DNA of 52,286 bases, the filler included, from Sphacelaria rigidula (lineage: Eukaryota): assembly GCA_964200075.2 (NCBI GenBank). It is 4 parts of 4 records of this genome, joined end to end, with 100 filler letters (N's around TTAATTAATTAA, not from the genome) between each part and the next. Parts side by side here need not be neighbours in the genome. Positions count along the whole stretch, not along the records: positions 26,198 to 39,192 come from CAXNAA020003242.1; positions 39,293 to 52,286 come from CAXNAA020003243.1; 2 more parts are not named here. The stretch is one strand, 5' to 3'. The position numbers were made by a program, and so were the translations under genes. Positions 36,801 to 46,950 of the stretch are shown here, piece by piece. Positions within the stretch are counted from its first letter, which is position 1. Each line of letters begins with the position of its first letter. The notes under the pieces were generated by a model. It did no database searches. It was not told the DNA's origin and saw only the letters and a program-made list of their open reading frames with translations.

Positions 36801-39125
36801 CGACAGTGTTTTTTCACGTCTCTTTGAAAATTCTGACGGATCATGGAGCACTTGAACAAATCACCAAGGTTGGCGAACATAACCCGCGTGTGCAACGCTG
36901 GTTGGAGTTGCTGACAGCTTATCCGTGTACTGTCAAACACCGCCCAGGCATCGATGAACGAGGAACCTTCCCTCAGGTTATGAGAACCGTCCTCATTTTG
37001 TGGATGCAGTCACAAAAATCAAACTCTCTAGCTTTCAAAGGTCTTGCGACTTCGGTGCAGTTTGTTACCGTGACCACGTCTGAGGAGACGGGCGTACGTG
37101 GGGTAGAGCAACGAAATGAAGCTATGATCCGGTTTGCCTGCCATACTGCCGATAGCGTCGCGTGAAAGCCACAAGACCCTTGCTGTCGGCGGTTTGATGG
37201 CGTGGGTCTCGAATGCAACGATATGCGGTTGATCGTAGAGCACTCTCGTGTCTCCTCCCAACTTGCAATAACCCATGACCTCCTGACATCGGAATAATTA
37301 TAACTTATGGGAAGCTACTCATACTGTACCGAGCTGTTCACGCGACCAGCGTGGCTGCAGATTGCCTATGCGCCACGCTAGCAACAGTTAGGTCACCACC
37401 ATAGGTAGTTGTTTTGACTCCGCATGTCGAAAAGGTTTCTACAAGTGTTTGATCTCTCATACGCCCCCCGCAACTGGCGTGTCCTTGTGCTCGGCCACCC
37501 GGTTGGGGGAGGTCGGCTAAAATCAACGATGAATAACACCCCCTGAGTTCAAATTGGGTCTATTTGTTATAACCGCAGCACCGTCCTTGCTGGCATGTGT
37601 GTGACAGAGAACAGTAGTAGCGGTGACGGGAACATTGCCCTCTTTTGTCAACGACATGTTTATCAGCGCACAGAGGCGCGTCCTGTCCAAAAGGAGTAGC
37701 AGAGAGAAATCGATCTTCCCGTTGGCGACAGGCAAGAAGAGACGACGGAATCTCTCCGCACGTCGATGTTCTGGCACATGAAAAAAATTGGCACATGCTG
37801 GTAACATCGATGATGCCAGTCTCTCGAGAATTTGGTAATCGCCAAGCGGGGACACACAAAGGACACGGGCGAGGAGCTTCCTCTCTGTCGTTGCTTTTCT
37901 CTCTGGTGATATCGTCATCGACACGCGTGTACCCCGCATTCGCCAGGTGCACCTAGGCGCAGCTGCTCAACTGCTGTGGACCTTGGGGGGGGAAGATGGC
38001 TCCACTCGGTCGCAAGTATTTCGCGTCTTCCCCCTGCGAAAGAGAAATGCCACTGCAACCTCATATTTTGTATGAACCCCATTTTCTAGGATCCACTGTT
38101 ATATTGACGTTGACACCTCCATTTCGTCGCCTGTTCCACCGCTCCCTGAGCCACCATGCCTGGTCGACTCTGCAGCAAAAGGCCAACTGCGGGAGTCCTC
38201 GCCAGTTACTCCCATCGTGATTGGGCTCGTGAACAACAAGCAGAACCATTATGTCACGCAACCATGTGGTACCTCCATGCTGGCTGCCCTGCCCCTATCC
38301 CGGCCAATGTTCTGGCCCCGGTTGGTACACTGCCACCACCCAACGTCTCTGAGGTGTACAAACTCGCACGTAAAGGTACTATCTTCACAAATCATGACGG
38401 TGTCCAACGGCTTGTCCGCAGCCCCACGTCCCAGCCGGGGGTAACTTCAACCGCAATCACTGGGCGTCGTGCACGCCTACTCGACGATGAACCCACCCGG
38501 ATATATGTCCCATTTTTGATGCGACCGTGGGTAATGAAAGGCTGCCACCCTGACCTGTCTCGCCACCTTGGTGTCACGCGCACATTAGCGTTACTCGAAC
38601 GTTTCTACTGGTGGATCGGTATGGAAGTGTCGACCCGCTTCTGGATTCGGCGATGCTTCAGGTGTCAAGCTCGCAAACCCTCACGGCAGACAACACGTTG
38701 GCCAGTTATTTCGATGGCACTTCCCAACGCTCGTGGTCACCTCGTGTTTTTCGACTATTTCGGTCCTTTACCGATGACTGGCCGTGGCAACACCTACATA
38801 TTACTCTTTACCGATCGTTTCAGCCGTCATGCGTTCATGTACGTAGTCACCGCTGGAGACTTCACAGCGGCAGGCACAGCTAACATCTTAGTTCACGACT
38901 GTATCAAGCACGATGGTTGCCCGAAACGGTTTCTCTCCGACAATGGTTAGCAATTTTGCTCCGATCGCTCGGACGAACTGTACTCGCTCCTGGGCATTCA
39001 CAAGATAGCTACGAGCGCTTACCACCCTAATGTTAATGGTGGTACTGAAAGCGTTAACTACACCATGGCCCAGATGCTATCTATGGCAGTCAACGATCGA
39101 CAAAACGATTGGGATCTCCATCTAA
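33890..39125 (+). mobile_element. Decayed Ty3/Gypsy LTR-retrotransposon pol region (PR-RT-RNaseH-INT); LTRs and gag not seen
   Basis: Protease LLDSGSP at 34182-34202. RT from ~35640: PYRTSP...SSPWDSPLMVVPKKEGTIRITVNYQRLN...FSTFDLASAFY, with YLDD at 36181-36192. RNase H: TDAS...AVLNQ...YISR...ILTDHGAL (~36630-36950). Integrase: HHCC motif (CHPDLSRHLG...CFRCQ) and core DYFGPLP...LLFTDRFSR...SDNG...AYHPNVNG (38156-39125). The domain order is diagnostic of Ty3/Gypsy. Many stops and frameshifts. Confidence 0.93.
34622..35091. mobile_element. hAT-type MITE (470 bp) inserted in the Gypsy pol
   Basis: 18-bp TIRs CAGAGATGTAAGAAACGG / CCGTTTCTTACATCCCTG (1 mismatch). Perfect 8-bp TSD CGATACGA at 34614-34621 and 35092-35099. 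Confidence 0.9.
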
Positions 39126-39192
39126 CAGCCGATTCTCGAAAATGGGGTTGAAAAACAAAATGAGGTTCAACTCAAAAGCCGTGCTTTCCCTG

Positions 39193-39292
39193 NNNNNNNN
39201 NNNNNNNNNNNNNNNNNNNNNNNNNNNNNNNNNNNNTTAATTAATTAANNNNNNNNNNNNNNNNNNNNNNNNNNNNNNNNNNNNNNNNNNNN
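39193..39292. other. Artificial contig linker (N44-TTAATTAATTAA-N44)
   Basis: Same 100-bp linker. Confidence 0.97.
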
Positions 39293-39619
39293 ATTGATGG
39301 ATAACTCACTTGATCTATTGATGGCGGCAATGGCTATCGATGGATGGCTCACCAAACCTATTGATTACGGCAATGACTATCGATATATACAACCCAGGAT
39401 TTCTTGCGGTACACCATTTCCATCGATGGTCAGTGGTCTTTATCTATTGTAATTGCCATAGGCTATCGATCGACTATTGCAACGTCTATTGTTCCTTGCA
39501 ATGCATCTCAATAGATGTCTTTCACCATCTATCGTGGTCGATAATATACATCGATAATTTTTTCCCCGTATCTATTGCTGAAGCAATGAACCATTATTGT
39601 GTCCATTGTCCAGGGTGTG
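39293..39619. mobile_element. Right end of a hAT-like non-autonomous element, cut by the contig start
   Basis: Ends ATTGTCCAGGGTGTG, the same TIR as the MITE at 48481-48617. Rich in repeated CTATCGAT/CTATTG motifs. Confidence 0.55.
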
Positions 39620-39847
39620 GCCTCCTCTGAAAAATTCACCATGATTTCCAAGAGGATTCTAGCGCACTTTTCCGATGTACGCTCAGTTTTACTTTCGGCA
39701 GGATTCTCGATTTATTCAGTCGCCCCCAAAATCTTCGCGTTGTCGGGACAGAGTAGGCCCAATCCGCCAAGGCCCGTATCCCTCCAAAAATCCGCGATGG
39801 AAGGCTCAAAAAGGGCAGTTCCCAGAGAGTTCGTTTTCTGACTATAA

Positions 39848-40027
39848 GGCCGTGTCTTATCAAATTGTTTTGGTGTCGGAAACGTGCGGTCGAATCGAAT
39901 TCGATTCGTCCACGCTACTAATTTTGTGGGATGGTTGAGAATATGAATGCCGTGGACGTATCAGGCACGAGTAAATTTGATTCCGTCGTACGTTTCCGAG
40001 TCAAAAACAATTTGATAAGACACGGCC
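39848..40027. mobile_element. Tourist-like (PIF/Harbinger) MITE, 180 bp
   Basis: Perfect 24-bp TIRs GGCCGTGTCTTATCAAATTGTTTT / AAAACAATTTGATAAGACACGGCC. TAA TSD at 39845-39847 and 40028-40030. Confidence 0.9.
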
Positions 40028-41749
40028 TAAGAAGCGGCCTGAGTAGCTTTCGAGCTCTGGGTGTTGTGTTAAATGTGATTTGACAGAAAGAACAGAAGCG
40101 AAGGGGGTGCTATCCCTCGTCACCTACCCTGGGCCAGAAACATGTTTGCCCATGCGTTTTTGTGCAACACTGCTCGTCACGACGGAGACAACCACATAGG
40201 AAAGTACTTTATAAAGAATACTGAGACAGACACCCACGGCTATAAGGCTGCAAAAATCCAGACCATGGCATCTACAACTGCGGCTGGAGTTGATCTGGGT
40301 GTGCTTGCCCCCCAACGTGCGGACAAACAGAGCTGGTGGTAGATACCCCGGCTCTTGCTTGCAATATCTCAGACAAGATGAAACCCACACAGATGTGCGA
40401 AAACATACGCAATACACACGCCCACAGCTCACCCTGTATATGTATCGTTGTGCCAGTCGAACGTCACTCCGATGATCTCTTTTGCGTCCCGTTGCACAAA
40501 CTGAAAAGTTCGACCAATCGCGTAACTAAGTGATCATTTTCTAAATCAATGATACTTCACGAGTTTCTCAAACAAGAAAGCAGTAAATTCTGTACGAAAT
40601 TGACCCTTCCATTGATTTTTCCATGATGTTTTGAGACATAAGTTGTTTTACAAAAACATTTGTCAAAGTGGACGCGAACATAAAGGACTGGCGCTAAAGA
40701 TATTTCAGTGCTACACTAGTGTGATGATATTAAAATAGTTTATGACCGCGGGTCTGATGGTGTGTTTGCTTTGACGCTTTATTCTGGACTGTGACTCCCA
40801 TCCCTGGTGAAGTCGAGCGAACGAGCTGATACTACCTGGACGTGGGATATCACACATATATAGAGTACATCAAAAGGTACGTCCGACTTGCTATAAATCT
40901 ATTGCATCTACGTTGCTGCAGTCCAGCGTACTGTACTGTTCACCAAATCCAAAATACGGTACGTATCCAGAGTATTATCATCACCGTGTACAGGTAAGTG
41001 TACTGTGACGGTTGTACGTTGTTGTTTGTCGATTGTACTGCACACACAACCTGGGCTGGAATGCGGTCTGCGGTGTATCGATGACACACGATACCCGCGA
41101 GGCAATCCAAGGCTTTCCTCCGGGTGGTGGGCGAAGTGTAATCATCGGATACAGTACATCTATTGGATAATTCCGCGAAATGCGGAACAACGACACTTGA
41201 GCGGATATTCCATCGCAATACTCTCGACAAGTACTGAAATCTACTGAAAGTAGAAAGCAAAAACAACCATATTTCCGCATGCGCCAAGAATTGCCGAGAT
41301 ATGGCGGCCGGAGGGATTCGACTTGACCTATCCGCGCTGAAGAACCCAATCTTCCAGGTTGTCGAACTTCGTCACCTAACCACGCGGTGAATTACGGCAC
41401 ATTTGCAGAATAGCAAAAGAAGAGTATTTCACAGATACTCTAGCCACGCCATACTTCGATACTTGTGCTTCCGCGCTGTAAAACGCCGTCACTTGTGTGG
41501 CGAATATCTGCAATACGGGCTAGGCCAGCTTGAAGCATTTTTTGGCCCTTGCCAGCTGTGCACGGCTCGTCTTCAACAGTTAGAAACTGAAATTTTGACA
41601 CAAGGTATATATCATCAAGACCAGGAAATACGCTGCGGTAGCCAGAATAATGAACATAAAAAACAGCAAATTAAGGCCCTCTGACGGGAAAAAAATATAT
41701 CATTATCGAGACCAACTCTAATAGGAGCCGTTCATGCTTTGAAAAAAAG

Positions 41750-44067
41750 TAGGGGTCTACACGTTACACGTGCCACAGCGTTACACGTTACATTCACGTC
41801 GCGTTTTGGCCGAAACGTAACGTGAACGTTAATTTTTTTCACGTGATGACCGTAACGTGAACGTAACGTTACAATTTCAAATGAAATGTTAACGTAACGT
41901 TAATTTTTTTAACGTGACATACGCAACGTAACGTGAACGTTTAATTGCCCAAACGTTCAACGAACGTAATATGAAACGTTTCATGTAACGTGTAACGTCT
42001 TTCACACGTTACACGTGCATTAGACGTTACATGTTACATGAAACGTCATGAACACGTCAAATGCAGTGGTGAAACTTCAAGTTTGCGATGAATTCAAGAA
42101 TGCTGGAAGATGGTGCTTCAATAAACACGAGTGAGTTTGTGTGACCGTGGTATAGTTATGGTACTATTGCAAAAATTTCGCGCTCTCTCCACCACACGTC
42201 GCAATCAAAACATCATGATCATCTCGACCACATTCAAGGCTACTTCTTATGTATGAAAAACACGTTGTCAGAAAAGCCGTTTCTCATCAGCGCGATTTTC
42301 CACATAACTTTTCAAAGTAGCCTTCCTCACGTAATCGACGCGCTGTCAAAATTGGAAACACAGTGCTCATCGTTTTCTATGAGGTGTGCAGGCATAATTT
42401 CAAATTCTGGGGCGCGCGAGATAGACGCAGCACTCTGCTGTCGTGTCGTTGTGTACGGTCCGTACTGACTGTCTGTACTACTATTGTGATACATCGCCTG
42501 AGCATTACATGGTGGGCTGCGTGAGGGAAGACGATTAGTACGAACACCGCCTTGCTGTACTAATGACCGACGGTAGAAGTGACGGTTGTGCTTTTCACTG
42601 CACGGTAGTACTTGACTGAAAGGAAAGCACGGACAAGAGTACACACAATAGTACTGTATTGTATGCATTGGCTGTGAACTTTTTCGTGAGATTGAGAGTA
42701 GAGCGCTGATTGGGAGTTGGTTTATTCATTCGCTTCAACTCAACCAATGATTCATTCCGTGTGCACTTTTTCTCCCCTCCATGACTGGCGAGTGCTTGAA
42801 GCTACCCGTCAACATCCTACTCAAGGGCATCGAGGGCCTCAGTTGCAAGCTACTACAGCTGTACAGGAAGCATATTGGGCCTCGTGGAGAGGCATTTCGG
42901 AACTGAAATGGGTGATTCCCTAATTTACCGATTTTCACTCTCAATCGTATCCTCTACTCTCAATCTCAAAAAAACCTTGTTTGTAGTGATGGCTTGGCTG
43001 CCATCATTACTGCTGTCGCTGGTGCTCGCGGGCAGTCAGCGTTTTGCGTTATTGTCTTTCGCTCGCCAGTAGCGTGATGGCCCTTACCCCTTACCCCCAT
43101 GAGAACAAAACAGGGCAGGGTCCATGACGAGTGCTGCCAGACACTCTGTATGTAGGTTGGTTGCGCAGAAATGTAACGCAATCCACGTTTGCATGCAGCG
43201 TGTTGCAAACAGCATTCGAATACAGTACAGACTGCCCAGGTTCCCAAGCCCTGTAGATACTACAGCAGTAGCACTACTGCTCATACTGTGGTCTTGTGTG
43301 TACGGTCAGTGCGGTCCTGTCTCTACACGTCATGGGTGCGTGGGCAGTCTGTACTGCATCGCGAGTGCTGTTCGCATCACGCTGCATGCACAGACCTGAA
43401 ATGCGAGCTACAATACTATCTGTGCAAACTACACACAGAGTGTTCGTACAGCACTCGTCATCGACCCTGCCCTGTGCTGTTCTCATGGGGTAAAGAGCTA
43501 CCATAATACTGGCGAGCGAAGGACAATGAAGCAACACGCGGACTACCCGCGAGCACCAGCGACAGCAGTGGTGATGGCAGCCAAGCCACCCACGGCTGCT
43601 GTCGTGGGCTGGAGGGTGTGTTCGCGTGCGGCGGGATTTCAAACGCGTTTTCTGGTCACATAGGAAGTGGGTTATCAGAAAACGCGTTTTTTTTTATAGA
43701 GTTTTCTTTATACATGAGAACTAGCCGACGGGTCACCGTCAGCATCACGTACACGGTAACATCAGGCGTTAAACGACACATTACAACGCCTCAAACACTG
43801 TTGAATGAGCCGCGACATGCACAGAATGAAACGTTACATTCGATGTTATATTAGACGTTACACGTTACATGGAAACGTTGCATATTACGTTATATGTAAC
43901 GGAACGAAACGTTAATTTTTTTTACGTGATGAACGTAACGTTAAATTTTCATATGAAACGTGAGCGTAACATTAAATTTATTTCACGTGACATGCGTAAC
44001 GTAACGTGAACATTAAATATTTTTTACGTGATGAACGTAACGTAAACGTGTAACGTGTTGACCCCTG
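41750..44067. mobile_element. Non-autonomous hAT-like element (~2.3 kb) with AACGT-rich subterminal arrays
   Basis: TIRs TAGGGGTCTACACGTTACACGT / ACGTGTAACGTGTTGACCCCTG. Dense TAACGT/GAACGT repeats at ~41757-42060 and ~43800-44060. Flanks AAAAAAAG / AAAGAAGG (6/8 match) may be a decayed 8-bp TSD. Confidence 0.75.
42990..43588. repeat. Foldback element with ~250-bp inverted arms, nested in the hAT-like element
   Basis: Arm 42990-43238 (TGGCTTGGCTGCCATCA...CAGTACAGACTGCCCA) is reverse-complementary to arm 43341-43588 (TGGGCAGTCTGTACTG...TGATGGCAGCCAAGCCA). Confidence 0.85.
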
Positions 44068-46950
44068 AAAGAAGGAAATCAACGTCTTTTTTTTTTCTGC
44101 CGCGATTTCGAACAGACACGAAAAAAAGCTCTTGAGCCAATAAGCATGTGGATATTCACATATATACATCGTTGATAAGTGTCTTTTCGGTCCCTGTACG
44201 TCGTTTTACATCCTGAAACCGTTTCTTACGGCTCGTATTTCTTGGCGGTCGTATTTTACACTTTTGGAACCTTTGACACGGTTTTGACCCCCAAACAGGG
44301 AATATCGCTATCACACGTCCTGGACACTTTGCATTGCCTCACCGAGAGGAGTCGAGCCCACTTTTCGTTTCGCATACGTTCGAGGTTTCGAGAACGGCCT
44401 CTGGACGAAATATGTCTGAAAATATATATACATACGGTGTCTGCGGGTACGGGAGTTAGATGAGAAAGGCACGGTACACCGGGAATCGTCCCTCTGTTCG
44501 AACGGTACCGCTTTAGATTACTCTCGTACCTTGAGATGACTATTTTTGGGCTACCACTGTACCGTTAATGGTCTAAAAGGGCGGTCACCGGCATGCACCA
44601 AACCACAAACATGCGCACACGCAGAATAGAAGCTTATCGCACTCATTCGCATTTTTTCAAACACAGCGACCATATACCTACCCTCAACTTCTTTCTGCAA
44701 AAGGTTCTCGAATGTCTCCTCACCCGCGCTGGCTACCTCCTCTAAGCAAACATCAGAAACTCTCGCCCATAATATTCGACTCACAACTTCCCCAACTTGT
44801 CTTGTCCGTTTTCACCGCTCGAGTATTTCGGCGACACTCCGCAGTTATAGTGAACGAGGTTCTGACTTTTATACCGTGCGTCCGGGCACCGAAACCATCT
44901 TGTTTTACGAGCAGAGTCGCTTTTGCGTAATAACGTGACCCATCGGGGAAATAGATGACTTCTATTTCGAGACAGAGCATGCGCGGGACACAGTCAGCGT
45001 CGTCAATCACCTTGAACGGTACCCACGGATGAGAGAAGTCGGGGAATTCGTACACCTGTGTAGTTGGCGCGGCCTGTCGAGGGTTGTTGAGGTTTGTTTG
45101 GTGCTGCACAAGGATGGCCAGACGAATGTGAACGTAGCCTTCATATTCTGGCTCATAACCAGTCAGGGATTCTGCCGTGATGATTTCCGCGCCAACGCTC
45201 AGCAGTCACCTGTTCGTGGGAAATGGCCGCGGCGTGTCCCTTGAAAATATTAGTTCTGGCGCCAACATGACCGTAACCCATCCTAGTCCGTGTACTGTGA
45301 GGTCGTTTTAGGTTGGTATCGAGCCACATCATCGTTCGCAATTACCTGCATGGTCTGATCATCTCGAGTACTTCGCTGTTCATGACTTGTTGGAAACGAC
45401 CGTGCAAGACGTCGTGCTCGAACTTCTTCCTCAATAGTACGACAGATACTGAACACGACATGTATAGTCACAGTACAGTCGCAAGCAGATAAGGAAACGT
45501 CGAGTTTGCTGCTCTCCCCAGGCACACACGGAGCCCCCAACACGTGGCCATACTCATGCTGTGGGGAAGGATAGAAAGTGCACCTATGGAGATGCTTCGA
45601 TCAAGCGGGGTATTTCGGGGGTGTAGGCTTGCTTCTCGCGAAGACAGACGTCGCAAGTGCGCTAACCCGCGGTGACTTTTTTCATTCACCGACAGTAACC
45701 GTGCGCTACACGGTGTGCCGGGCTACAAACGTGAGGCATAACAGCGGTCATTGGTCAATCAACACGCGAAACATCGCAAACAACCATTGAAGAGGGTTCA
45801 CACACGGTAGAGACTCTTTCAGCAAACAGCTTCTGTATTGTTTATGCGCCTCACATGTTACAACGCAAGAAAATGTGTCATGTGTTTTGGTGTGCGTCCG
45901 ACTGCAGTGGCTTTGGCGTGACGCATTCATATCCCGCGTTCGAGTGTTCTAACGGAATGAAAGACGTAGAACGTGAAACGATCCCGCAAGAGCGATTTGG
46001 TCGCCGCGATACTCCCAAGGTATATTGTACGCCACCTATCCCCTCCTGCGGCCTCTTCTTCTCGTGTGTTCGCGCAACCGCGGAAATATCAGGGGTAATA
46101 ATAATACATCGTCGTGAGGGCGGGACATAAGGAGAGAAGGAGCACCAGAAGTGGCTCTCGGTGAAGGACACGTTTTATGTCGCCACCCTTCAGCGGTCTT
46201 GAAACGACCAATACCGTCATGATCGCATCACAAGGTCGCGTATAGAGAACGCGGCGGCAGCGGCAGCAGCAGCAACGGTAGCGACGACTTGATACCCGCA
46301 CACGACTTCCAGGCTCCCTGAAGGAGCAGTGAGATCCAAAGTTTGAGGCTTTTCCGACTGATGGTAGTCCTAGTGGTGGTGCACGCGTAGTTCCGGAGGG
46401 TGATATTGCCTGCCACATCTTTGGGTGAAAACATTCGAGGGCGTCCGTGTGCTGGTCGTACAAACCCGTCAAGGAGGGTCGTCCCAAACCACTGTTGCTT
46501 CGGCACAGCACTCAGGAACAGCTGCAAGACATGCTGGGGGCCAACAAGAAGCAGAGAGTGATGGAGGTCGAGGATTTGCGTCCACAAGGAGGCAGACAGG
46601 CATCAGCAGCGACGGCAACACGTTGGAAGGGTAAGGGTAAAAGTAAGGCGAAGGGGCCGTCGTCCCCGGGGGATACGTCGTCACAACAGCTTCAACAGGC
46701 ACCACAACAAGATGTTGGAGAGGAAGAGGAAGAGCAGGAAGAAGGGAAAGAAATAGCTGATGGCGAGGATGAAGATGAAGAAATGGACTTCCTGGATGAA
46801 GCGGAAGGATTGTTCTTGGAGTGCCTCCTCGCGCAAGATATAGAGGATGACGATGACGATGATATTGATGACGATCACGCCGCGGCCGCCGAAAAAATTC
46901 AAAGCCCAGTACCACTTGGCCGCCGGGAAACGCCCATTTCACGAAGTACC

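Noticed and set aside
42253..42468. hAT transposase remnant inside the 2.3-kb element
   Set aside because: No recognisable BED finger, catalytic or dimerisation motif in any frame I read.
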